Made by a program: the position numbers and the translations under genes. The notes beneath the pieces were generated by a model. It was not told the origin of the DNA, did no database searches, and was given only the letters and a program-made list of their open reading frames with translations. From the NCBI GenBank assembly GCA_964016885.1, contig OZ024746.1, forward strand, positions 88,722,001-88,786,000: a stretch of 64,000 bases of DNA. Reading direction: 5' to 3'. The first letter of the stretch is position 1. Every line of letters begins with the position of its first letter. Of the stretch, positions 43,990 to 57,056 are shown one piece after another. This DNA is from Eledone cirrhosa (Eukaryota).

Positions 43990-45060
43990 ACAAGGTAAAG
44001 GCAAAGGAAATAAAGCAAATTGAAACATGAGGGGGACGAGAAGTGCGTGTTTCACAGCATTTGATGTTTTTTAACGGTTACTGTAGCTGCCACTCTATCT
44101 GTTTTCATAGGCTGATGTCACCACTAGTCTCTCTTCTCGGTCCTGCATACAAATGTCTGTATGTCATGACCTACCAGGTTTTGGTATAGTCGGACCAGGT
44201 TTTTCCTTGTTTGAATTAGTCCCTACTTTGCCTCTGCCCTGAAAGATAGTTTCATACAAGGAGTTGTAGCGAAATACATAGCCATAACCAAGCAAGCTTC
44301 CGTCCCTTCACCATCGTAAGAAGTGTTTCCCATCTGGCAACATATTTGTTGAATTGTTGCCTGAAAAAGCTGCTTCTTTTCTGCTGCACCGCACAGGATG
44401 TATAGCAGCATTTTAAGGCACATCTCAAATGCTCCGATTCTTTAATCCATGTAAGCTGTCAGAGCCGAACTATCACACACATAAAAGAGATTCAAAGTCT
44501 CTGCGGACTATTATTATTTGACCTTCGTTGGAAATTTAATTGAGTTCCTTTACAAGATGACATTCAGCAGAAATGGCAGAAATGGCCGGATTGAGTTGTG
44601 TTAGTATCTTGTTTTGTAATCCGCCCTCCTTGGTCACATTGGATCCCAGGCACTTGTTCAGGTCCTTCTCAGCTCAGATTAATGCCTGTTTCTATATTCT
44701 GATCATTGATATGACCCGGAATCTTGCTTTTTTTCTGGGCTGATTTATTCTCTATACTTCTAATACTTTTTTCCGATCCGGTAGTGAGCTAACAGAGTTC
44801 TGCTTCAATATGTGCCAATGGTGACAGTGGAAATCTTGGAGTACTTCTCCCTTGATGCTTTCCAAGAAGATGTTGAAAAGCACAACTGAAACTAGATATC
44901 CTTTTCGAATTTCTACTTTTGTCACGAAGCATCCAGCGATGTTGTTTTTTTCGGAAGAACTGCATTGTTTGTGTTTTCATATAATAATTTGATTACTTGA
45001 ATGAGGTTGGTCTCAAATTTGTAATCCTTAATCACCTTCCACAAACCATCATGTCAAACA
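43990..45060 (-). mobile_element. Decayed non-LTR retrotransposon (RTE-like) 3' region
   Basis: KCLGSNV (KYLGS-like) at ~44640 and QGKTWSDYTKTW at ~44175-44210; heavily degraded. Confidence 0.5.
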
Positions 45061-46352
45061 CGCATATATTTGTGTAATGAAATCATAAGGGGTATGATGT
45101 GGTCTTTCTTTACATGTGGTTTTTCTATTCCTATAATATCTATTAAATACATTTTACCATAATCTCTTAAGCTAAAGAATAGATTATGTCAGAAGCATAT
45201 TGTCACATTTTGCTTCCTTTACTCAAACAATGATTTCAGTAAGTTAATCTGAATATGCATATTTACTGCATAATCATGCCTATGCACTTTTAGAGAATGT
45301 TCTGTAAAATACTCTTCCCATTCTCGTGATTTTACCCGTCTTTAGTTCCAGTTAAGTATGCATCCATGCAATTTTGATAGGTTATAATAATATGTAAATA
45401 TGAAGTGAAACATAGAGCATGTTCCGTGCAAAACTTCAAGTGAAAATAAAATTTGCATTACACTTTTCAATTTGTTCTACACCTCGATCACATGTTCGTT
45501 CATCCTGTTAAATATAACAGGCAAATCCACTTAGAATTATACTATGTCCTCTTAAAGGCGAAAACCACTTTGCATATGTTGATAAATTCATTATACTTCA
45601 AAGAAAGAAGCAATATGTTCACGGATTATATACACAGATTGATCGACGGCCTGCATGAACTATTCCCAACATGTGGGTAAATAACAACAAAGGTTCAAGC
45701 ATGTATTTTAAAGCGTATTTCGCTCAGCCTTTAGACCCTCTAAAATACATATTTATATTTCCCTTGTGTATTTCCATGGTATACAGCTTGCACTTGGATA
45801 TTTGTTCATAAATTTGTTTTGCAATTATTTAGTTTTCGGTTCAATCACACTACCGGAAAATGTAACCGAATATGCCTCGTTGTATTCTAAAATAAATAGG
45901 CATTTGGGAGATCGAAGTTCTTTGAAATGTTGTCATAGGAATTATTTCAAATATTGGGTTGTTGTTCGAATTACACTCCTGATTAGTGGACGGCATGGTA
46001 TTCAGAAGGTTTTAACAGAAACCATTCAGTTACAATCCATCTGACACTATCTGCCGGCTGATTGGGGGACTTCACTTTCACGTCAGTTTCAGTCAGAAGC
46101 ATTTACTTTTATTTGTTTACTTCCATGTACTGCAGCTTACAAAACAAGTATCTTCTTGTATATAAGGTATATATACAGTATAAAATTAAACGAACCTGCC
46201 TAAATGAGTATAACACCTCATAGAATAAGTCGGATGCTAGTGCTTAATTTAATATATAACTAATATTAGGATTGCAGCAAGCAAATAAAACAAAGTTGAG
46301 AATAAAATACACCATATATACGCATCTGTGTACGTGAAGCATTATTTTAATA

Positions 46353-46450
46353 CGAGGTTGACTTTGCCTTTCATCCTTACGGGGTCGATAAAATAAAGTA
46401 CCAGTAATACACTGGGTAATTTTCTGGCCTTGTGCCTAATGTAGAAACAA
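46353..46450 (+). mobile_element. SINE 3' half
   Basis: gaggttgactttgcctttcatccttacggggtcgataaaataaagtaccag...gtagaaac. Confidence 0.9.
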
Positions 46451-47543
46451 TTTTTTTAAAACTCTGTATTTACAGACATCAATACAATTCTATTGTGTCT
46501 ACACATATATGCGCATGTATAAGTCTATATTTGCGTGGACGAAGGAATTGAGTTTTGTCTGTGTCCACATGAATTCCCTTTCAATTTTTATCAGGAAAGT
46601 ATATGGATACTCGATCGACAAGATCCCATACCTCATTCAAATGAGAAGGGTGGAGCTCATGAAATCAGACCGAGAAAACAATGTTTCCGTTGGTCTTTCC
46701 AATTGCTAATACTATCTGTCGGTCGAGACTACAGAAAGAAGTAACAAGTGTATATATATATATATATATATATATAACTTAGCGAGAATCGTATTTCGGC
46801 TTTGAAAATTAGCGAAAAACAACTTCCGAGATGTGTGGCATGCGCTCAATAATTCTAACGAACCAGAGCTACAACTTACGTTAAAAGGCCAAACAAACCG
46901 AGACGATGGTTAAACTATTTTCCGCACAGCCATAGACACGACCAAGTAAATCGGGTCAAACAAATAAAAACATATGATTGAAAGATTTACCGTAACCCCT
47001 GGATGCATGGAAAAAATCCAGCATTTGGGTTTCTGCGACTCCTATATATATATATAGTAATAATAATAAATTTGAAGACAGAATCCAAAGAGAGCTCGAT
47101 AAGGATAAATATAAATCAAATATATAAGAACCGTAGAGCAAATATGTATATATATAATGGGAAGTTTGACATGTTTTTGTTATTTTGTTCCTTTATCAAC
47201 TTGTTCCTTCTACCACTTTATCAATTGTTTAAGCTAACTCCAACAATAACAACACTACCAACACCAGAATTGAGGTCAGATGTACCTAACAATAACAACA
47301 ACAACAACTACAGATTGCCTTGCCTCAGAACGAATTTCTATAGACTTTTAAATGAGGAATGTTCTAACAACTGACCAATGAGAGGAGAAGAGGCCCTTTG
47401 ACACTGAAATTCGTTTGTTTAAATTCATATGATTCCAGTTCCTCAGTGAAATAACAACCCAACCAGGAACTGGGCATATCAGAGTATTGATAAAATTATA
47501 CAACTCAACAACATATGTACTTGTCTATACCACACTAATTCGG

Positions 47544-47598
47544 ACTGCCTGAAGAGATCACTGCTAAAGATGGCTGTCACCGAAATATATATAGCAGT
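47544..47598 (+). ncRNA. Minimal type I hammerhead (stem II decayed)
   Basis: actgc-CTGAAGA-gatcactgct..tggctgtcacc-GAAA-tatata-TA-gcagt; homologous to 55797-55852. Confidence 0.75.
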
Positions 47599-47834
47599 AA
47601 TAAACGAAGCTAAATTTTAAACATTTGACTTATTTATTTTATATTATTTTATATATATATATATACATATATACACTGCTTTCACTCTTAACGTTAAGGG
47701 TGAAAGCAGCGATTTTTTGCTTAAAATTTAATCTGTTGTTTTAATAAATATATGCTCTACGGTTCTTATGCATTTGATATACATGTATTTTTGTCGAGCC
47801 CTCTTTGGACTTTTGTCTTCACACACACACACAC

Positions 47835-48011
<177 letters not shown>

Positions 48012-48300
48012 GGGGGAGAGTGAAATGAAGAATAACCCGGATCGGGGGTACAGTAGGGTTTATTCCAAGTATTGACAAATGTTTCATTAGTCCGGTGTGT
48101 CTAAAGCCGCTCTCCACCGTTTGCCGCATTACTCGATTTTAATTACAGTTGACACCTAACCAAATTCTGAAAATACTGGTTTGGTGTAACAGTGTGTTAG
48201 TCTTAATAGTTACATAAAATATAACAAGAATAATAAAAAGAAGAAAAGTATAGTGAGGAGGGGGATATAGGATAATGGCATAACAATTAATAATATTAAT

Positions 48301-48437
48301 AACTGTTTCTACTTTAGGCACAAGGCCAGCAATTACCCAGTGCATTACTGGTACTTTATTTTATCGACCACGTAAGGATGAAAGGCAAAGTCTATCTCGG
48401 CGGGATTTGAACTCAGATCGTAAAGGGACGTAACTAT
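48301..48437 (-). mobile_element. SINE, 5'-truncated
   Basis: Closely similar to 16209-16345. Confidence 0.9.
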
Positions 48438-50389
48438 AACATCAACATGAAATACATATGGTATGAAAAGTCAATAAGAAAAAGAAAGGGATAAAAATAA
48501 GGGTAATAGCAATAATAAAAATACCGGTAGAGTTGAAAGTAAAGATAGAATGTGTTCAGTGAGTACAAATATTATCTGGACAGCGTAATAAAGTGGGATA
48601 AGATTTCACGAAATGATAATGGTGACATAAAGAGGGATAGGATGAAATACAGAGATAAAACAGAAAGATATGAAACAAGAAAATAATGATAACAGCTGGA
48701 TAATAAGGATTGAGTTTATTTTGAAAAGTATATGGTTAATGTGTAGAGGCGCAGATTGATGTTGATACTGGCTATAAATGTTGATTGATACTATACAGGA
48801 TTGATGGAATTTGAAGGGGTGTGTCTTTGAAGAAGGAATAATTAATCACTGAGGGATTGACAGTTTCTCTTGCGTCCGATCATGAAATCAACAACAATGG
48901 ATGCATATACGTTTTGGAGACCAGCATTGATATGACATCGATACCAGGTCTCTTAACCGTATCATATTATGTTTGTCCTTCCCGTTGTAGATTTTAGGAC
49001 GATTTGTTTACGTAGGCTAATATGTATATTTCTTGCAACTTGTGCAAGGTGCTGTGCGACATCACCTCAAAATTATGCATTACAGCCATTGTAAATGAAA
49101 TTCAAGTTGTGACTAATATGGGACAGATAAAATGCTGTTCGTTAGTCCCATTTATTCAGCTTGAAGACACACAAAATGTCTATTTTCGTCAGTAGTATGG
49201 GGACATTACACTTGCAAATGTATGGAAATTGTAAACAAAAATAAACAGTGACACGTAAGAAGAAATTAAGTATTACCAGAAATACAACGAATACAATGAA
49301 AAGTACGAAACGACTATTGCATCATGTTTACACCATTAAAAAGTAAATACAAATTACGAAAGAACGATACGACTATTCCATCAAATGTACAACATATATG
49401 TTTCTCGTAACTTTCATTGAGACGGAAACTTCATACAATCTATCGATTGCTATTTTATAATTGTGAACCTCTTAAATGAATATTTTGAAAAATAGTGGTG
49501 AATACATGCAGATATGCTAAATGGATTGATATTTTCCAATCAAAAACGAAAAGACAATAAAAAATGAAATACCAAGCTATTATATTAAAAGAAATTATTG
49601 ATTTGATTTCAGCATGTTAAAAAAATATTATTTTGGAGGACAGGAACTTGAAGCACAACTTATTTCATAAATCATTATATTTACTGTACCCATGAGTAAA
49701 ATGTTATGGTTTGAGATTTCAATATTTGAAATTATTTTATTGATCATTGCAGATGGATACACTCTTGCCTGAATGTGTGTATGGTGAAAACCGTGCATGT
49801 TAATGGAGCTGCAAACTGCAAACCCTTATGATATTTTCTCACAGGAGTTATTTACAAACAAATTCGACTCAAAACGATTAATTTCAATTAAAATTTGAAA
49901 AAAGAAAACATACATATAATTCGAATACTACTGTTTTCAGAATAGGTAAATATTAATTAAAAATACATGAATCTACTAAATCTATAAAATTAAAAATTGA
50001 ATTTTAGCATATAGCATACACTACTAACCTACAAATATTTCCTGAATTCAATAAAATACTGTAATTTCCAAACATTGCTCAAAATTTGTATTAGCGTACT
50101 TATATTAAAACAAATTTCTATGTGCTTTATATTGTTTGTAAATGTATGTGTTTATACTAATATATGTAAGTGACTGCGGGAGAAAATACATACATGTGCG
50201 TGTGCTTAGGATAATCTACTGAAGCGGTGAACACATAACGCCATTTAAAAGCCGTGAAATATCGTAATAAAAACAATTTTAGTTTATTTACCGATGGAAA
50301 ATGAGTTTTATTGATGAATCACAAATTACGAAAACATATAAAATAAATAAATTGCTTCTTTTATTTTCCTTCAGTGGGGAAATTCAGTA

Positions 50390-50950
50390 TCTCTGGTAGG
50401 TTTTAACGAGTGATGGAAGGCAGGAGCCAGGATTAAGTGCATGAATTGCAGGAGCTGATGCTATAATGCACCCGAGTCGAACGGTATTCGGAAGAAGCGA
50501 GGTAGTTGTAAAAGCAAAATACATTGATCTCAATTTGGTATCTGTGACAACCATTACCTAGTCTGAAATCTTGGGTAACATCCGACAGAATACAATCGCG
50601 AATACAAGGTGCCGCAACCGGGTTCTTTTGAACAACAATGCTCGATATAATGTGTAACTTGGAGATCAGAGAGACTCTTAAATTAGAACAGGGGTTTCTC
50701 TGAATTGAGAGATCACATCTCCGATAATATGGGCGGGTTTAGAGTGTCTCAGGAAAGAATCACTGGACCTATGTTATTGGCAAATGAAACCGACAGGAGA
50801 CCCTGGGGTAGACCAGAGAGTAAGATGGTTGGATAACATCCATTAGCTTCGCTGGACTCAGTTGGGCATCTAATTGGGTGAGTTAAAGACAGCGTCTAGA
50901 AAGATTGTTTGAGGAATCCACTCCTGCACGACACGCTCAGGAATAATGCT
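50390..50950 (+). mobile_element. RTE LINE 3' fragment
   Basis: aaaccgacaggagaccctggggtagacca...atggttggataac parallels the RTE C-terminus at 30995-31050. Confidence 0.55.
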
Positions 50951-51036
50951 ACACTCATTTTGATATCTTTAGTTAACCTTTCATTTGCATAATCAGTATA
51001 TTAGTAACAAATATCCAAATTTCAACTAAACATTCA

Positions 51037-51084
<48 letters not shown>

Positions 51085-51634
51085 ATATGTGTGTGTGTAT
51101 GCGTGTTTATGTGTGTATGTAACTCTGAATGGGTATGTGATACGTCAACTGTGTTACAGATTACTGAAATATCCCTGGTTTCATACATACGAAATAAGTA
51201 ATATTCTTAGCCTACAATAGAACCGAATTCTCCCATTATATGCTGATACATGTTTTCTTTAACATGTATTCACTACTCTCTAACTATTTATTTTACTGCC
51301 ATAAGAATATTTACCCAATGTTTTAACCAGCTTTATGTTTATCATACTATGACTTCATAAGTCAACGACGAATACTCTCCTAATAACGGTCTCCTAGAAA
51401 TATCTTATAAATCACCCAATTATTACTATATATATCCTTAAAAGAGAAAACCATATTGAATAATGAATTTATATAATTTCCGTGTAAAATAAATATACAT
51501 GTTACTCATCATGGCTGCTATATGAATTAACAAATACATTCTGGATCAAGGTTGAACTGAACTAATGAAATCCAATTTCATTCGCACATTCCTAACCATA
51601 TACTCAATATTAAAAACGTTGGCAAACAGCAGGT

Positions 51635-51726
51635 CAAGTAATAGCTCAGTTGGTAGAACGTAGCACTGTAGTCTGTTATACTAAGTTGTCATCCGTAGGT
51701 CGATGGTTCGAATTCGTTTTACGAGA
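51635..51726 (+). pseudogene. Intron-containing tRNA-Tyr(GTA), probably a pseudogene
   Basis: A box tagctcagttggtaga, anticodon loop ctGTAg, 19-nt intron 51672-51690, atccgtaggtcg, B box ggttcgaattc; mismatches in acceptor, anticodon and T stems. Confidence 0.8.
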
Positions 51727-52302
51727 CTATTATAGTTAGATAGATAGCTAAATAGATAGGCAAAGAGGAAATGTAGTTAGATATGTAGGGAACATTAATG
51801 TTTGCCATATATATTGTTAAAGGGAAGAAATATTATCATGAGTATATTGACATTGTTAGAAATGTCAATCTGCAAAGGAAACTACATCATCACAACACTG
51901 GTTATGCATTTTCTTGTTCACAATATATGATGGAAATAGGAAATACAGTTGGGAACATTTGATTTCTTTTGGTTTTTAATTATTTTAAAAATATTTGTCA
52001 CCATTTCCACCATTTGCTTCTGGCCTGCACTGAACTAAACCGAACATATTTAACAACTATCTGTATAGCATTTATGTATGAAAATAGGTTAATCTATAAT
52101 TCTACAATTTGTAAATTATAAAATATATATCTAGATTCTGTGACATTAAGATTATAATTATAAATAACGACAAAGTAATGCGCATTTAAATTATGAAATG
52201 TCAAATATTCGAATATTCACCAGGCATGTTGCATGACATCTCTCTCTCTCTCTCTTCAATAGAGTTAAAATAGATGGTGAAAATGGAGATAATATTTATA
52301 TA

Positions 52303-52992
52303 TTTATATCCAAAATTAAGATAGATTAAAAGAATTCAATCAGAATCGAGATTATGGGTGTCATTCCTTAACGGAATGCGCCATATCGCCCGGAAAATAA
52401 GCTCTGGGACTTTGTAAGTACGAGCATTTTAATAACTAGGAATTGATCAACATATATATAAATATGAAAAATCACAGAAGATAATTTTTACAAGCGTGCA
52501 ACCACGCATGGCTAGTAGGTAACAAATAAATAAAGTTAACTAGAACTTCAAAAATATATACCTTTTAATGATTAATCTTCCCTGTATATATTTCATTAAA
52601 GAAATATATTTCACCAATTAATCAGATGGTAAGTCACGGAAAGTGGATATTATTGGATTATCAACAAGGAAGAACAATATCAAGCGATCCATGTTTACAC
52701 TTCGAGTCAAAATCTTAAACTGGCCGTTACCACGTGTTGATATTACACATCACAGCGGCTTCATTTCAGTGGCGTGAATAGGTATTCGACAACTAGAAAT
52801 AGCAGTCAATTCCCTTCAACAGAGTTAGCTCTACAATTAAGGAGCAGTATTATATATCTATATCCACAATTAAGATAGATTAAAAGAATTCAATCAGAAT
52901 CGAAATTATGGGTGTCATTCCTTAACGGAATGCGCCATATCGCCCGGAAAATAAGCTCTAGGACTTTGTAAGTACGAGCATTTTAATAACTG
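52303..52992. repeat. ~135-bp direct repeats (52303-52438 and 52858-52992), ~555-bp period
   Basis: aattaagatagattaaaagaattcaatcagaatcga...gagcattttaataact duplicated; ends in (TA)n. Confidence 0.88.
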
Positions 52993-53004
52993 ATATGATA
53001 ATAT

Positions 53005-53240
<236 letters not shown>

Positions 53241-53242
53241 AT

Positions 53243-53701
53243 ATGCCGGCAACTAAACCGGCAAGCCCACCAAGGTTACTTGGTGAGGAGGGTGATTTTG
53301 GACATCCTGCATGATAAAGAACAAAACCTGACAAAGAGCGGAAGAACTCATAAGAGTCAACGGCCATCCAAAGGTGTGTAACTATGTACACATGTACCGC
53401 GCGGTTAAACCACTGAGAGTGAAGCACCCCTAGCTTTTGTCAGGGCATTCTTCTAGGAGAAGGAAACTCAGGAAACTGGGATAAATCCGATATAAACCTG
53501 CGGCTCAGTAGTTACCGATGATGTTGACCTTTTCTTCTTTTCGGGTTATAGATATGGTCGCCCAGAGAGTGGGATTGCACAGTCTTTCCTCACTTCAAAA
53601 AATATCTTCACGCACAGGCATTTCACGATTGAATTAATTAATAATTATTAATAATGGTATATCGTGCAATGGCCATGCTCGATAACAAGAGGGCAGCCAT
53701 C

Positions 53702-53702
<1 letters not shown>
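53243..53702. repeat. Family E copy (inverted relative to 19017-19692)
   Basis: Reverse-complement similarity along its length; (TA)n flanks. Confidence 0.8.
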
Positions 53703-53757
<55 letters not shown>

Positions 53758-53962
53758 GTGTATGTATATATGAATATCTTAAATGGAATATGTCTCCATT
53801 AATTTTAATGAGGTGAAACATGTTTCCTAAGGATTTAAATTCATCGAAATAGTTTTCCGAAGATTAACGCTCTGGCTGTTAAATACATTATGGGTGACAG
53901 AATATAAATATATAAATTGAAGATAGCCAAGTTCTTTAAATTAAATTTATTTTTAATATCTA

Positions 53963-54017
53963 CAATATACTGATGATGAGCCTGCATATACATGCAAGCT
54001 CGAACCGATCAATTATA
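53963..54017 (+). ncRNA. Degenerate hammerhead motif
   Basis: CTGATGA-t-gagcctgca-tataca-tgcaagctc-GAAC-cga-TC; stem I poor. Confidence 0.4.
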
Positions 54018-54501
54018 ATTAAACTAACAATTATTCACACAATTTACAAATATAATTTCATATCAGGAATATTTTGACAATTACTGAATATAGGCAAGCA
54101 TTAAAAGCGCAGGTGTAGTGAGTGGACATGTAAGTGGTAATTGCAATATAGAATTGTTTTATTTTATTAGGCTTATGTGACTGAAGGCAGGGAAGATTGT
54201 TTTGATCAAACCTTGATAAAACATCCTTACATTCTTGTTACACTGTAATATACAGAGAGGGAAACGCTGACAATCAAAATCCATAACAGTATTTAAGTAG
54301 TGTTTTGCGTTATTAAATCTGCAATATGTAAGTACATTATTATTACCAATCAAGATACTTGGAGATAAACAAAAAAGATCAGGGGCCGAATCTCAAAGCA
54401 ACTTCATATCTAAAACCGTGCGGAATTAACATGGCCAGTGGTAAGTTCAAAATAAACAAACTTTGTAACGTTTACAGGACGGTATATTTATACGTAAATT
54501 G

Positions 54502-54837
54502 ATCTGTTTAATATATGAAATTTGTTAGAGTTCAAACTCTACATATTAACATTAGTAATGGTTCGGGATCACCGTATTATAAATAGGGTTGTTTTAGGAA
54601 ACTTGCTCCATTAGATAGGACCACCTACCACCAACATCACATACATACTGAGCCGCCAATAAATAAGCGGTACTGACCAGTAATATTCTTAAAAGATTCA
54701 TCCAAATGAAATAGTTCTACTATTGTACAAGGCAGTTCTACATAACATGATACTGCATGTCCTCCATCAATGTAAAGTGTACCATTTTTAAATTAAGTTT
54801 ACCCCACGACCCGACATAATTCCTGAATCTACATATC

Positions 54838-54871
<34 letters not shown>

Positions 54872-55115
54872 TTATATTTGTTTGTGTTGTTTATTTTTGT
54901 GCACACGAACACACACACACACACACATACATATATATATGGTCAGTTCCGCTTATTTATTGGCGGTCAGTATGTATGTGATGTTGGTGGTAGGTGGTCC
55001 TATCTAATGGAGCAAGTTTCCTAAAACAACCCTATTTATAATACGGTGACTTCGAACCATTGATAATGTTAATATACTTAGTCAAGCTCTAACAAATGTC
55101 ATATATTAAACAGAT
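54502..55115. repeat. Inverted repeat, ~178-bp arms (54502-54679 and 54940-55115)
   Basis: Arms share e.g. ttttaggaaacttgctccattagataggaccacctaccaccaacatcac in opposite orientations. Confidence 0.88.
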
Positions 55116-55176
55116 AAAAAAAAATGTATTAATCTATCTCTCTCTATATATATATATGTATATATATATAGAGAGA

Positions 55177-55410
55177 GAGCAAACATCACGGACGCTCTAT
55201 ATCAAAATTATTTTATATATATATATATAGAGAGAGAGAGCAAACATCACGGACGCTCTATCTCAAAATTATTTTTGAAAAGCATTAGAAATGCGCAACC
55301 GGTAAAACTTAAAACCAAAACTGAATACTAACCAATACTATTACTAATTCTCACTTATTCCTAATTAAACTATTTTTCACTGTGAACAATTTGTCAGCAT
55401 TTTCTATTCC

Positions 55411-55415
<5 letters not shown>
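55177..55415 (+). mobile_element. Family A pseudo-LTR fragment with a local ~60-bp duplication at its 5' end
   Basis: gagcaaacatcacggacgctctat occurs twice; matches 40675-40866. Confidence 0.8.
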
Positions 55416-55486
<71 letters not shown>

Positions 55487-55570
55487 AATAAATAAAAGAA
55501 GATTATTGCTCTAGATTTTAGAAAATATATATTTTCACTAGATTTGACAGTTGGCAGGTGAACAGTGAAC

Positions 55571-55606
55571 TTCACTGATGAAGGGTAATACCCAGAAACA
55601 TTAGTG
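55571..55606 (+). ncRNA. Degenerate minimal hammerhead
   Basis: CTGATGA-a-ggg-taata-ccc-a-GAAA-ca-TT-ag; stem I not well formed. Confidence 0.4.
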
Positions 55607-55796
55607 TGTCTGCAGTTCTGATTACATGCCAACAAAAGAGGGGTTCATTCTACTCACATGGCTTTTTGAAAGGGGATGTTTGCATAATTGCAAACGAATC
55701 GAAGATTATTGTTAATATTCGAAAAACTCAGATTACATATATATATATATAGTGACGAAACATAAGTCAATTGCATGAACTCATAATCCTTTATTT

Positions 55797-55852
55797 ACTG
55801 CTATATATATTTCGATAATAGCCATTCAATGGCTATGATCTCATCAGGCAGT
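55797..55852 (-). ncRNA. Minimal type I hammerhead ribozyme, canonical core
   Basis: Minus strand: actgc-CTGATGA-gatcatagccatt-g-aatggctattatc-GAAA-tatata-TA-gcagt. Confidence 0.9.
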
Positions 55853-55911
55853 TAGTCGGTTCTTAGATATGCCAGTTATGTGTTTATGTTGTTGATGGTA
55901 TCAGAGCCTTG

Positions 55912-55967
<56 letters not shown>

Positions 55968-55974
<7 letters not shown>

Positions 55975-56130
55975 TACCAGATTTACGTTTAAGCAAAGAA
56001 TCGCTGCTTTCACCCTTAATCGGATATTCTGAGATGATCCCTTTAATGGTGAAAGCAGCGATTCATTTTTTAAACTTTAATCTATTATTTTAATAAATAT
56101 TTACCCATTGTTCTGATATATTTGATATAG
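55968..56130. mobile_element. Family B fold-back centred on the HHR 5' core box (~56030)
   Basis: gaatcgctgctttcacccttaa ... ttaatggtgaaagcagcgattc. Confidence 0.75.
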
Positions 56131-56420
56131 TCTAGGATCAGCAGATTCTCCGGGGAATTTCAAACAGTACTGTACCAGCTTAGATGTAGATTTTTATATT
56201 CCGGCTAAAATGTTTGAGTACGTTAACGTTTTAATATGATAATCCATCGATGCAATAATTACATTGACTTCATAGTTTTAGGATACTGGCTGTCATGATG
56301 TATTACAATTAATCCTTTGTGTATGCTCCAAACGAATTTGTTGGGCAAATTGTAAACAAGATTCAAACCGCAAATCATTGGTTATCAATCTAAACAATTA
56401 TTATATATATATATATATAT

Positions 56421-56848
56421 ATGAAAGGTATAGAAAGTATTGCAGCAAGAAACCATCAGTATTCCATAATATATAAGTGACTACAGCGTCAAAATGGGAA
56501 AATAGTTAACCGTAAAATGTGGGAAAAATAATTCAAACTCAATTCAAAAAGAATCAGGATATAGATTTATCCAACAGAATTTAGTGAAATCCAGGGAGAA
56601 ATCAATAGAGCCTCACCTCATGATAAAATAAAGTTTAAAATACTCATTCTTCAATTTGGGACAACTCCAAATGCTCTGTATAGTCTTGAAAAGACTATTT
56701 CACGAAAACTTGTGGAGATGGTCACGGTTGGAATCCGATCGTCAGCAGAGCTCAACACGATAGTCAAATTCTCACTGATTAATATGCCAAAAAGGGAATT
56801 TAAAAGCAGGCTAGTTTAACATTTTGCGTGATGATGAAAATAAATCAC
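56421..56848. repeat. Family D copy
   Basis: Colinear with 12080-12510. Confidence 0.85.
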
Positions 56849-56860
56849 ATATATATATAT

Positions 56861-57056
56861 AACGAAGGAAATGTGGTAAGGAACCAGGTGGACCATAACG
56901 TACCAAAGTACTCAATACTTAGGGTAGTAGAGTGGGTAATAGAAACGAGTAGGACCCCGACGGCTGAGCTCAAGCCGTTTCGACGGCTAATTCTGAGTCC
57001 AGAATTAGCCGTCGAAATGGCTTGAGCTCAGCCGTCGGGGTCCTACTAGTTCCTAT
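56861..57056. mobile_element. Asymmetric hairpin element, second copy
   Basis: Same start (aacgaagg), hairpin and end (gttcctat) as 3705-3905. Confidence 0.8.

Noticed and set aside
48900-49075. Possible PLE thumb relics here (SQHLAQVARNIHISL, minus strand) and at ~6500-6900 and ~61700-62200
   Set aside because: Too degraded to support without a profile search
49740-49860. Possible host exon after ttgcag
   Set aside because: No convincing reading frame, donor site or recognisable protein similarity
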